From Kudoa neothunni (lineage: Eukaryota > Animalia > Cnidaria), in NCBI GenBank assembly GCA_964304625.1, contig OZ199840.1, forward strand, positions 10,563,644 through 10,627,643: a stretch of DNA of 64,000 nt, written 5' to 3'. Of the stretch, positions 14,734 through 27,918 are shown piece after piece. The notes under the pieces were generated by a model that saw only the letters and a program-made list of their open reading frames with translations, did not search any database and was not told the DNA's origin. The translations under genes and the position numbers were made by a program. Each line of letters begins with the position of its first letter. Position 1 is the first letter of the stretch.

Positions 14734-17195
14734 GGCACTGACTATTGTTACGGATCCTTATAATCCGCGTGTGCAGTTTATCCATCGCTACTGGAGGGAA
14801 TAACCCCAAATATAAAAACCCATTTAAATCTGAGATTCACATTTGTAAATAATGATGTTCGGCCTAGCATAATTAACATTTTAAAGAAATATACAGCATT
14901 AATGTAAGGAGTTTTAGGTTAAAAAATAGTCCTAGTTCACTTATTCTACGTTCATCAAAACAAAACAAAAATGTTTATCTAAAATCAATCAGCAAGGAAA
15001 ATGCTCGAAAAAGATTTACAATTTTGACTTTTGCTTGTATGAGCGTGTGCCAAAAAACGTTTTTAATTTGATGGGAACTGAATTATTAGTTTATGAAATT
15101 CTTAGAGAAAAACTTTTAAGGTCATGAGTTAGCAATATTATATTCGACTGATTATAATGCAATTTTTTTCTAAAAAACTTTGTTATATAAATAAGTAATT
15201 TATATTTTAAAAATATGAAAAATTATTTTTGAATGGGTTTTCTTTATCTAAATAAAACGATGGTTGTTAACCCAAATCCTCTATGTCGTGTTATTGCTTT
15301 AAATCCGGTGGGATGAATACCCCCATATAATATTTATTAACATTTTAATGATTTTAATTCGAATACCAATTAAATTTTATAAAATTTGGACTTACCAGAA
15401 TTTTACGGTGAAGATGGGTATTTGGAAGGAAAATTCGCGGATATTTCCTTACTTAATGGTCTTACCAATAACAGCGATACGTAATTTTTACTTCAAAATA
15501 GGGAAGCAATCTAAAATTTGTTTCGAGAACTCATCAATGGTTACTTGAAATTTATTACACAAAATGCATTCATAACTATCCGAATTTCTCGAATTGAATC
15601 GATAGCAGCAGTTAAATACAAATGTTTGCTAATAAACATAAAAATTTTGGAAGATATCCGAATTGTATGAAATTACAATCATTGTGAATCCTAAATTTTA
15701 TATGTTGCATCTCTTAGAATTAATTCTAGGAAAAATTTAAGGGTTCATTAAATTAGTTGACCAAAAAAGAATAATCCAGTAACAACATTCTTGTTATATT
15801 TTAGAATTTTAACATCACAATTAAAATTGGTAATAAACATATTGATAGCCGTCAATACATCCATGCTGGTAATTCCCCTTGTTTTCACGCCGTGTGGGAC
15901 CTATATTGGGATATTTTTACTCAGTTCGTGCTATAAAATTTGTTGTATACGTTTTTTAGAAACTACAAGTGATACTAATTCAAAAATATGATCATCTTAA
16001 ACATTGATTTTTTGTTGATCTGGTAAAAATTTGTATATCGAAGCATCACAAGGATGATTATGGATCTCATGTAACAATTTAATTTCCCCAAATTTTTCAT
16101 TTAATCGCTGTCTCTAAAAGTAATTTAGAGAGTCAATTACCTTTGAATGCTTACGATTTTTGTTCTCCTTCAGCTCTCTATTTGTATACATGATCAAAGA
16201 AGATTCCGAAGGTTATTGCGTAGTACATTAAAGCTTCATTAAAATATTTAGAATTTTATATTTTTTTGCAATGTTCTCATTTTTAATTTGCAAAAAAAAT
16301 ATTTTTTCAACGATAGATATGACTTTTAAGGAGTCATATAAGTCAACTTTCAATCCAGGTGATATTAATATCGTACAATCGACCATACAGTGAAAACTTA
16401 GATTCTCCCAAAGGTTACTGTAACAAAGAATACAAAACGTGGTTCTTTCTATTGTAGACATTAATTTAAGATAATCTATTAGTGTAAAAGTTAAGTTTCT
16501 TTATAAATTATTATTTTATTAAACTAACAATTTAAATATATATATATATATATATATATACGTAGCAATAACATTTATGAAGACGGAATTATGCTCGCCG
16601 CTATATAATTGAAAACCGTAAGCATTTATGTTAATTTTAACTACAAAATTAAAGAATTCTTTAAAAATATTTACTTTAATGATTTACTGAGTCAATTATA
16701 TAGAATCCGGTAATCGTTTTCCATGAATAACGTTATTGCTTAATATTCTTGTAGATATACATTATTTAATATATAAATATATTATGTAAACCAAATATAT
16801 TAAATAAATAGAAACACTTCATAAACAAATAGTTTGGGATATTCTAACAGATTAGATTAGCTGTGTTAGGTCCAACATATAATGTACAATCAAGGGTAGT
16901 AAGATGAACGTTTTTATACATAAAATACAATGTCCAGTATTTGGTTTCCAGTTAACGAAACATTCATTAGTAAAACTTAAAATATTTACATTATATCACT
17001 CATAACAAAACCTAAAACAAGAAATTTATATGCACAATATTAGAAATATAAATAGCTCAACTTTTCTCTAAAATAATTAATTATAAACATAAATTTCAAA
17101 TTTTAAATGAGTTTGTAGATTTGAAGTTATTTCCTTCCGTAGCATTAACAATCCGTGCATGCGGATTATACGGATCCGTAGCAATAACCACTGCC
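14734..17195 (-). mobile_element. Decayed Mutator-like element (copy A)
   Basis: TIRs GGCACTGACTATTGTTACGGATCC / GGATCCGTAGCAATAACCACTGCC; 9-bp TSD AAAATTTTA/AAAATTATA (8/9). Internal peptide MSTIERTTFCILCYSNL.. is homologous to the 51846 ORF. Confidence 0.82.
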
Positions 17196-19157
17196 AAAAT
17201 TATAACTTATCAAAACATTTTTCGTTATTAATTAAAAAATTGATATTTCTATTAATTTGTACAATCAATTAAAAAAATATATAACCTATAAATCAAAAGA
17301 ACAATCATATTTTTAGAAGAGAGAGAGCATAGAGAAAATCTATTGATGTGAAATATAGGATATTATCTCAAAATAATAAGACCGATTTTAAGAATTTTAA
17401 TTAATGGTACTTCCTTATTTGTAATCTACTTTAAAGTTTAAAATTGGAAAAAACTTTCCTATATATCAATAAAGAAAAAAATTATTTATCACAACGTTCT
17501 AGTTTTCATAATTATTGTTATTTATAAATTTAAATAAAATAAAATACTTCTATATATCATTAAACGTAGTAATTTTGTAAGTTATACACTTTTTAATACG
17601 CCACTGAAGTATAATTTTATAGTATTTTTTAGCCAAGTTATAAATTTTATGAATCAACTTTATTTTTTTCCCCTAATTTTTGAAGGAAGGGAATTTTTCA
17701 GATTAAGTAATCAGCGTATAATTTTCATAAATTAATTTCAGCCACTGCGATTTATTCAGACCTATTTGATGAATTTATTTTTTTAGATAAAAGAAGTAAT
17801 TCAATCTATTGATTAATTTGCTTTATAAAAAAGATTATGAACAGATTGTTTTGATAAGGTATAGTTGCTTCAAGAGTTGAAAAAATAAAAACTTTTAATA
17901 GATACAGTATAAAATGTAAAAATTAAGTTCTAACTTTTCTCCTTTACAGTGAAATTTTATAATAGAGAATCATTTCATTCCTATAAAGAATAAAAACACC
18001 AAAACAAAAAAATTAAGATTTGGCCATGTGTTGTTTTTTAATTATATGGTAAACTATTTTCGGAATTCTAACTCATCTCTGACTTAAAAGTATTTTGTTA
18101 TTAACGATGATTTATCTCAAAATGAATATCCGAAATTTTGCTATCCAAAAAAATCATTTTACTTAAATTTTTTTAATTTAACATTAAATGGACATATGTG
18201 AAATATGTTAAAAAATGATATTTTTATTTGTTCAACAAATAATATGTATATGTTTAATTGGAGTATTATCTGATAGTATGCGGCTCGAATCAGGTAATCT
18301 ACAGATTATAAAATCGTCTAATCATAGCAACGTTTTTCTCGCGTAGTCATTCATTTATTATATGAAAAGCGCTTCCCGTCTGTCTTATGCACGTATTAAT
18401 CTTAATATAAATGAAATTTTACATTATAATTTATTATAGTTCGATATTTCAAAATATTTTTTCCATTGGGACCAAGTTTTTTTTAAAATGTTTTGGGCTC
18501 CACCCTTCACAAAAATATTGATTTTTGAATAAAACAACTTATAACTATGTATCAAGCTTGATACCACATTAAATTTTGATAATGATTAATATATTCTCCT
18601 TTCCGCTTTAAAATTCAAACTTGTTCAATCTGGTTTAACTTAGTTTATCGGTGGCCCTTAAAAATTAACGTCATTAATTCTTCAATACGTTGAAAACGAC
18701 GTTAAATGAAACTCGTCCTAATCCAACCCTCATTAAGCAAAACATTCGTGTATAGGGTCTTATAAACCGAAAATATATAATAATGATAGAAAATCAATCA
18801 ATAGTATATTAGGCTCAACCAAAAATAGGGTGTTCATGTTAATAAATGAGACAAGTTTGAGATTACAAACATTCCGGTTATCTTCGGTTAATACCAAGTT
18901 AATTTTTCTTATTTTAATTTTTTATAAATAGCCATTTCTTCCGGCGTTGTTTTATGATTTTAATAGTCACCTAAAAATAAATAAGCTACAAAATCATGTT
19001 ATGTAATTAATGGTACGATACATTGTCCAGTTACCGCGCCATTATCCATGTCACATCAATACCCATGAATCTCGGCCTCCAACCAGAATCGTTCATTAAA
19101 TGATATAACAATTCCAGGACCCACCAAAATTTGTCGACGCCACACGTTTGGGCGTGA

Positions 19158-19180
19158 CCCCCCCCCCCCCCCCCCCCCCC
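19158..19180. repeat. Poly(C)23 tract inside a hAT-end remnant upstream of Kunitz copy 1
   Basis: 23 consecutive C in GGGCGTGAC(C)nACGTTAGGAACATTG, a hAT right-end-like motif; absent from the paralogous site. Confidence 0.85.
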
Positions 19181-19326
19181 ACGTTAGGAACATTGTTATA
19201 ATTAATGTTAATTGAATATATCTATAATCTTATCAATACATTGATTTATTCTCTTCAATCATGAGTTAATCGAAAATTTTTAACCCTCGGCCAAATTTTA
19301 TTATTTCGTAGAGTATAGAACGCCAA

Positions 19327-20780
19327 ATGAAATCCTTATATTATCAGATACTTTTAATTATATCTATAAAATTTTGCATTTCAGGTTTTTTAGTTTGATT
19401 GACCTTCTTGTTTAATTCTATTCTTCAGATCATATATTACCTTCTTATGAGAGGGATGAGGGAGACTGGCCCATTGGTGTCACCAGAAGTATGGAGAATG
19501 TGATTGACCGTTGGTTTATTGACATCAGTGATGCCAAATGCAAACCTCTCGAATACCGCGGTATCAAAGGAAACTATAACAATTTCGCATCAAAAGGACT
19601 TTGCGAAATGCATGGTATATTTATTTCAAAAAACATCTATTAAGATAATTCCAGGTAAGTTAACGGAAAGAGAAAAGCTTCAAGGATGCAAAAAACCATT
19701 TCATCCTGGACACTGCGTTAGAAACTCAGTCGTAACTGAAAAATATTACTTTGACCAGACAAGTGCTACATGCAAGACATTCAATTATAATGGATGCGGA
19801 GGAAGTTTTAATCGATATGATAATGAAAAAGAATGTTATTTATATTGTTTCAGTAAATATAAAAATTATTTTATAAATCATTTTATTATAATAACTTTCA
19901 GATAAAAAGAATGGAGGACTCACTAATGCAGATGATGATAAAATAAATGGTGTTGAAAACAAGAATGATTATTTATCTCCAAATTTATTGGATTGTACAT
20001 TAAGACCCGACGTTAAAGACAAAGATCCTAGCACAGCAATTATTGCTGACGTTAAAAATCGAAAGTGTGCATATGCTGCGGCCTCAATAGACTCAAATAC
20101 AAGAGGAATCTTTAGTTCCTTTCATCAATGTGTTAATAAATGTTATCGTATATTTATCGTTGTTTATTACGTCTCATTAAATAATTATAGCTTATGATCA
20201 TGATTCAAAAAATAATGAGGCAAATAACAGTAACAAGAAAGTTGCTGCATGTAAAGGGAATCCTGTTCAATATGCCATGAGTGGATCAGGCAAAAGTGAA
20301 AATACTGAATTCAGATATTATTATGATTCTGCAGAAAAAGTTTGCAAACGATTGGAAACTGGTCCACGATCGGAGAAAACATCTGAATTCGACCCAGCCG
20401 AAAACAACTTTCCTACCATGGAAATGTGTCATAGTTATTGTGGAGCAGGTATTTAATTTAAAAAATATATATTCAACTCGAAATTTTAAAATAATTACAT
20501 AATAAATTGATGGAAAATGAATTTAGAGAATTATAGAAAGGAAATAAAAATTGAAGAAACGTGTGTCCAATCTAAGGCGGGTGAATCAAGCAGCGGAACT
20601 TTTAAAGCAAAGAGGTTCTACTACGATAAGGACGAACATAAATGCAAATCATTTATATACAAAGGATACGGTGGTAATACGAACAATTTCAGAACAGGTG
20701 AACAATGCAAAGCAATATGTGGAAACCACTATAATGCAGATAAAAATGTAAATATTGAAGATACCGCCACTATTCCATAA
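19327..20780 (+). CDS. Secreted five-domain Kunitz/BPTI protein, copy 1 (6 exons)
   Basis: Exon 1 is a signal peptide (MKSLYYQILLIISIKFCIS), then one domain per exon. D1 RWFIDISDAKCKPLEYRGIKGNYNNFASKGLC; D2 canonical 6-Cys CKKPFHPGHC..YYFDQTSATCKTFNYNGCGGSFNRYDNEKECYLYC; D3 CTLRPD..KC..FSSFHQCVNKC; D4 CKGNP..RYYYDSAEKVC..NNFPTMEMCHSYC; D5 CVQSK..RFYYDKDEHKCKSFIYKGYGGNTNNFRTGEQCKAIC. Confidence 0.92.
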
Positions 20781-23700
20781 ATACCATGTATCAAAATTAA
20801 AAATTAGAAACAGATATAATTATTTTAACCTAGCAAGAGTTTGACCTTTACAAACATTTATTTAACTTTTCTATTGGATATACATACAAATAATTGTCAT
20901 AATTAAATCGTGTATTTGGATAATAAAATCATTCGTGCCGAATATAAAAATGCTAGAGTTAAAATTAATTGAATAATAGCTACAAAACTTGGAAAATTTG
21001 CTGAAATTTATCACATTGATTCAGTTGTGTGTTATATGTATAGACAAATACTTTATCAAGAAAAACGTAAATGAATATATTCATATTAATTAATAATAGA
21101 AAATATACGTGTATTTACGTTTGAATTATATCAAAAATTAGTAATATTTTTATTTTCGAATCTCTTCTAAAATGTAAATACAGTAAGTAGCCATATTTCC
21201 CAAGTTTTTTAAAAACATTACATACCTTAAAATATTAAATGAGAAGTACTTATATTTCTATTTAAGACCATTTTGTTTATTATAGGTTGGTCAGAATTAA
21301 AATAACGGAGAAAATAGAGAATGTAAAAGCACGTGATTAACCAGTTTTACGTAATTTTCTGAGTCTTTAATGTTTATTGACTGGCATTTTTATTTTTAGT
21401 GGCTGGACTAATTATATCAATAACAGGGATAAAATGATTAATTAAAAATTTTAATGCAATACAATAGCCTGTACTTTTGAAGGGACGAAAACTACTACTA
21501 TACTGCAATTCAGTGTCATAAATTAACACACATACTGGAATCTTGAAGTATAATGAAGAGTTACACGCAAACATTGAATATGGATTGGTGAAAACTGTAT
21601 AATACATTTAAATAATGAAAATCCCGTTAACTTGGCCAAAACATTCATAACCGGGTTTGATGAAAGCGATTGAACGAAATAATGTGTTGCGTATACACTA
21701 AATAAATGAAATAGTATCGGAAGGTATATCTCAATATTTCATGAATATTGACTTCCTTAAACTATAAAGTATAATATAAAATAAATAAATAAATTTTTAT
21801 GACCGGATTATCTCTGTTGATCCAATTATCAATTTTAACTGGAAAGTTCAAACAATTATGACAGAATATTCTGCTAATTATATCTACTAAATTAATAACT
21901 GTTTTTTAATCAGAAACCCCAGAGGAATAACTTAATATTTTGACCACCATTTGTTATTATGGAAATAGTTAGGTAGAAACGGATTATAACAATATTGAAG
22001 ATTAGCGCCAACGCCCCGCTTTACGGAGGCTTCCTTGCCTAGCCAAGTAGGTTAAAACCTGGCGCAGATTAAAGCCTTTTTGATTTTTGAGTAAATAGCG
22101 CTAATTCCCAGCTTTACCTGGTACTGTGTGATGGATAATTTTAACTTTTACTTTTATTTTTGAATGGAGAAATTCTACGGAAGAGTTAATCTAATTAGCA
22201 TGTTAAACCCTGTAAAATTTATTGTTATATTTTAATTGTTGCATTTTATAGCTAGACGTTATTTTTGCAATGGGATGATTTAGAAAAATAAAATTATGCG
22301 CGCACTTTACATTCAAATATAAATAGAGGTGTCGAGGGAAACTAATGAGTATGTTTAAGTTTATTTTACATATCATAGACCAAAAATATAATAACCTTAA
22401 TTTTATCAACGGTGTAATTACCAATTAAAGTTCCTTTATTTATTAAACAAAATCAATAAGTAATTTAAATAGAGCGTTCAATTCTTTTAAAAATTTTGCG
22501 ATAAAAATCAATCCTAGTTATAAAATTTATTATTAAGCTACAACCGATTAAAAAAATAAAATTGACCTAAGACACGTCAGAAATAAAAATATTAATTGTT
22601 ACTCCTTTTTTTGCAATTTTATAAAGGGTGTTGATGAGGTTTTAATACTCTGTGAGTGATAACCCACGTATTCACTATTTTAACATAATTTCCCCATTTT
22701 TAAATAAATGAAACCCATCTTTTTAATAAAAATACTTACTGGTTCAAAAATATACTAATTTAATTAACTAAATACGATTCAATCTAAGATGTAAAGTTGT
22801 TTTTGGTTTGAATAATTACAGTAATACTTAAATATCAACTGGTTTCATCGATGGAGTGCTCCCTTTTAAAAATAAACGGGCTGTTTGATTGCTCTAAAAA
22901 AAGTTATTTGTATTGAACTATTATTAGATTAACGAAAACTTTGCGAAAATATCGGTTAGATTGAATAGACCAATAGTTTCTAATTAATTTACATGGCACG
23001 TAATGAAATTGAGGGGGGACTGTATTTTGTGCAAAAGTAATCGTGAATATAAATCCTTAAACTACGTATAGAATGCGGTGTCGCATATTTTTATGCAGCT
23101 TTTTTATCATAATGAATTAATGCGAGCCTAAAGAAAACAGTATATTGATTTGAATATTAACCTTAAGGTCTGGGGGTAATGATTAATTAGGTTGCTAAGA
23201 ACTTAAACATTATTTAAAAAATTATCGAATTAGTTATGCTAGCTATTTTCCAATAAAGTTTAGGATAACCAAAAATGAGTATAAATTTATCAAAAAGACG
23301 AATATAGTTTAAAACTCAATCGATAATTTTGATAAAAAGAAATTTTCACATCTCAGGAATTCCATTGAAGCATAATTTTCATTTAAGAAAATATCACATA
23401 AATTTAATTATTTGAAAACTCTACACATATCTTACATCGTTCTTGGAATGCGTAGAGACCAAACTTATTCCAGCATGGCAACAACTATAATTTCGAATTA
23501 TGTGTTTTATTTAAATAATCATAATCTTTTTCGCCAAAATACATCCATAACGCTTGATAATGAAAATACATCCTAAATGACTTTGTTATGCTTCAAATTT
23601 TAAGGGAAATGCAACAACTCCTGTAAATGTGACGTTAACAGTTTTATCTGTCTTAAAATTACTCCAAACAGGCATATGTAACATTTTTTAAACATTCTAT

Positions 23701-23935
23701 ACTAAAATTAACGTACTTAACTAATATATCGCGAGTAAAAGTTTATTCAAATTAAGTATCACTCCGAAGTAAACAAACATCAATATTATTCAGGTACTTT
23801 TTAATCTGTTAATTGATACAGACAACCAGAAAATTCCTTACTTCTGACTGCGATATTGGTTATGTAAACAATTATAAGTCAATTAACAATTTTTTGTAAT
23901 GGTGTCATCCTTCCAAATGTATACTAAAATTTTTA

Positions 23936-25152
23936 CAGTATATGACGAGTTGCTCGCAACTTTTAGTAGATCTGCGCGTTTCGTTGTTTCAAATCACCCA
24001 GGTTAGAAAGGGTTGATAATCAATAGAATTTATTTTTTGTAAAAATATTCCGTAATTTTAGTATTTTCCGTGTTTTCATATTTATTTAATGTATTGCTTA
24101 AGTTGGCCAAAGTAAAATAGGACAGTTTTAGAAATTAATGTTTTTATTTATTTATATTTGGACTAATAAATATTCTCTTGGATTTAAATTTCAGTGGCAT
24201 CGTCTGGATATTCACTAACTTAGTGATAATTTCATGGATATGGGAAATGACAGTCTTTCCGATATCCATGACGTTCGATATTATTTCATCATTATTCATT
24301 TCATTTACCTCCTCAGAAAATTTGTATTCTAAATTTTAATCATCGTTTTTATCTTAATTATCCGTAATAACAGAAATATTTTTTGCGATTAAATTTCGCC
24401 ATAACAAAACAATTAAAGACAGTTGACTTAATCATCGAATCCCACAAATCCGCCTTCAAAAATGTGCATTCAAAATATTCTGAAATACAGGTTCCATAGA
24501 AACTTTAATGGAAGAAATGTGGCGTTTTATCTTATATATTTTATAATAGAATTTTAACGAGTATATTATGCTCTGATCTATGGGTTGGGGAGCACTCGGG
24601 GTGTTTTGGGAAAGAAAAATTAGTTGAATATTTGAATATTCCAAATTTAAATGACAGTTGGCTTTGTCTAAAAATAAAAAATCATTACTCTATTGTTTTT
24701 GTAAGTATTTCGTATTTTCTTAGACAAAACTGCGCTTAAATGCGCAAATTATATCAACCTTTTATTTAAAATAAAACACTGTAGTTAAGGATGATGCATT
24801 AAAAAGTTTTGTAGTTCTTGATTTTACTTCTGCTTTTGACTGACTGTCCAAATAATTGATTATTTTTTATTCTTCAGAAATAGAGCCAACATTGTTTTGT
24901 ATTTTTATCTTCAATCAATAGTTTATACAATAAAATCTGGGCGTTTGTTCCCCCGAAAAGTTACGAACCACACGTCAGTCTATAAAAATAAGGTAAACTT
25001 ACCAAAATTTAATTATTAGAAAGTTAATATTTTTTCAACTCAATGTGTTTACTCGAATGTGTATTTTGAGTTAAAAATGTAACAGTTCATTTTCTTGATA
25101 ATTTCTAATTTTTACGTATTTTCGAATGTTACGAACCACACGTCATCGACTG
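23936..25152 (-). mobile_element. Decayed pogo/Tigger (Tc1/mariner superfamily) element
   Basis: TA|CAGTATATGACGAGTTGCTCGCAAC versus the reverse complement of GTTACGAACCACACGTCATCGACTG|TA. DDE_1-like remnant LFLDKANCH..NIQLIFLSQNTPSAPQPIDQSIIYSLKFYY. Confidence 0.78.
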
Positions 25153-25159
25153 TATTTAA

Positions 25160-27794
25160 CCCTCGGAAGACGGAGGTCCAAAAACTAACGCGGGTGACGA
25201 AAAGGATGCATTATGCACCCAGAAAATTTTCATGTTATTGCACTTATGTGCCTAAACAAGGCATATCATATGCTTGGCAATTATTTTAACATTAAAAAAT
25301 CATAAAAAGTAATAATAATTTAGGTATATAATAAGAAACATGCATTTAACCCTTAATGGACCACCTTCTGGCGCTCACACAAAGGACCATTTTGGGCCCC
25401 GCGAGCCCCAGAATAAATCTAAGCTTAAATTGGTTAAATATGTTTATTAGCGCGATTAACGCTTAATCTATATTGCATCGTAAGGCCTAACAAAAATAAG
25501 ACATATTTTCATTACGTAGAGTTACAAAAAGTAAAAGAATGTTTTCAAAGAATATTCGGTACAGTCACTCTTATGACACTAGCAAAAAACATGTTTGCTT
25601 CTGCGTACGACATTGGATGGGCAAAGATAATAGAGCCTTATTTTATTTTCATCGTGTCATAACTTTTTGTGTAATGAATATCAAAATCATATCTTACGAT
25701 GTCCATTGAACGCTTTTCGTTCGGCTGGAAAGAAATTTTAGGATTTTTAAATCTTGTATTCTCTCCATCTTTTATCAATGATATATCCAAATCATTTTCC
25801 GAACTCTCATTTAACACATTATTTTGGACAAAAAATTCTAGATGGCTCGATGAAATACTTTCATAATCAGACGGCATTTTGATTAACTTGCAAAAATTTG
25901 TTTGAAATTAAAAAAATAAAACAAAGGGTTACATTCGTGATTAATGACTGCATTACATGCTTAAAATTAATCGAAAATGGATTAAATAAGAATTAAATTT
26001 TAAAATAAAAAAACTAAAACAATTTCCAATTAAAAAAAAGATTATTATGAATTAAGGTGAAATTTTGGTTAAAAATAATGAATTTTTGAGGGACATAAAC
26101 AAAATTTAGTAGGCAGATGAGCTCGTGGAGCCCAGGATAGTCCATTAAGGGTTAACTGATAATCATGATTGGCGAAAGAAACAACGAATCAATTATATAT
26201 TCGATAGGAGTATATCTTACAACAAACTAAAACTCAGAATAAACCATTAGAGGAATAAACATTCAGCTTCAATGCTTTTTTCGCAACTCCATCGTACCGC
26301 CAGCTAACTCAGGGGTTGTAGGTTACGGATTATTCTCGTTAATCTCATAGATGAATATTGAGATTAATTTGGAAAGGATTTCTTCTTCAATCAGACAATT
26401 ATTTTTTAAATTTAATTTTAAATTTAATAATTGGATAAGAAAAAATATTCACTAATGAGAAATAGTGGAGGAAAAATGAAATCAATTACGTGTGTATACA
26501 TACACTTAACTGAACGATAGTAATAAAGTATTTTTTAGTTACTTGCATTATTACCTCTCATACCATATTACGTTATTGTTGACTGTTGTTTTATTAGTTA
26601 AATTGAGTTTTTAACACGAAATAAAAAGTCCACGATTAAATATGTCGGTTAAACAATTTGTATATATTAATTATCATAATTTTGAGTAAAGTATAATTTT
26701 TCGATTTTTCGATTTCTTCACAATATCCATAGAAATGAATATCATATATTTAAATAATATTTGCCCCAAAGTAGTCTGTGACTTAAATAGATATATTGAG
26801 GTCAAATTATTTTATGAACATAAGTTTGATTTCAAATTGATATTTGGATATTCTAAATTCTTTTATTAATTTAATGAGGATGACATAAAGTTTGTTTGAA
26901 TATTTAAGGAGAAATTCAGGTCTTTTTGTCATTATTCCTTCAAAAGTGATTGTATCTTCATTGTACCGGGATTAAAATTATTTCTTTAGAAATAAATGTT
27001 GAGTCATCCCTCATATACTTATTAAATAATACAAATTTAATTTTAATATGAGAATATTGAATATTTCCTAAACTTACACGACTCAAAATATTTGATTTGG
27101 TGAATTCCAATGTATGTTCTCGAAGAAAATATTGTCACCGATTTCGATCACTTGTTATCACTCTGGAAATGTTAATACACATATTATACAAGCGATAAAT
27201 TCTGGTACATCAGTAAGGTCCATAAACCTCCTGAAATGTCATCTTCTCGTTATACAAACACAACTGTAGGGTTACGCCATTCGAACACCACTGTCAAACC
27301 CTTTTTGGTTTGATTATAATCGCTAATAATTTCGGAGTCGTTTTTGTATGATCGCTCAATAGCACTATCATGGAAAACTGTTGACGATCGAAAAATATAC
27401 ACATCTTCAAAACACAAATAGCAAAACTACCAATAACGTGCCTTAAATTAATACATAAGTAATCTCATCGCCCATCGGACTCTGTGGGTTTGAGTTAAAG
27501 TGTGATTTCTTAAGGTTCTTACAGATTTTATTGAGTCTTATTAATGTGAAAATTAATTTTACATCGTATAATAATCTTTACGTATCTTTTGAAATGACAT
27601 TTCAAACTAGCGTCAGTCATCATTTTAAAAGAGTTATATTAAGTCAATTTATTTCAAATTGAATATTGTGAATTTTTTAAATAAAACAATGAATTATATA
27701 TGAGAGATTTTGCTGAGTATAAGGTCTAGATTTAATTTTTAAAAGGGGAAATTACAAAAATTGGGGCATAATGCACCCCTTCGTCCCGGGAGGA
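25160..27794 (-). mobile_element. Decayed piggyBac element (outer)
   Basis: TTAA flanks; inverted subterminal GACGAAAGGATGCATTATGCACCC / GGGGCATAATGCACCCCTTCGTC; remnant SEIISDYNQTKKGFD..YSC..TRR at ~27240-27345. Confidence 0.72.
25350..26151 (-). mobile_element. Internally deleted piggyBac nested in the outer piggyBac
   Basis: TTAA|CCCTTAATGGAC...GTCCATTAAGGG|TTAA. Keeps an acidic N-terminus (ORF 25638-25877) and a Cys-rich tail remnant YLCPSNVVRRSKHVFC*CHKSDCTE. Confidence 0.8.
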
Positions 27795-27918
27795 TTAAAA
27801 AAGGTTTTTCATGGCGCACGCGCACTACTGCAGACATACACACTCTACAGATACAAGAACTTAATATACAGTAGATAGATTTGAAAAAATAAAGTTTAAG
27901 ATATTTATATTTATTCGG

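Larger units (their letters stand above)
18237..20935 (+). repeat. Segmental duplication unit 1 (~2.7 kb; paralogous to ~27919-30600)
   Basis: Colinear similarity over ~1.1 kb upstream, the whole Kunitz gene, and the 3' flank. Confidence 0.88.

Noticed and set aside
21374-21607. 77-aa ORF downstream of Kunitz copy 1
   Set aside because: No homology or exon structure recognised; probably chance or TE debris
22095-22135. U1 snRNA (CTTTACCTGG resembles ACTTACCTGG)
   Set aside because: Downstream U1 stem-loops and the U1-70K/U1A loop sequences are absent
23010-23900. Second CGGBP1-like hAT remnant (GGGACTGTA end, weak peptide hints)
   Set aside because: Too eroded to delimit or support
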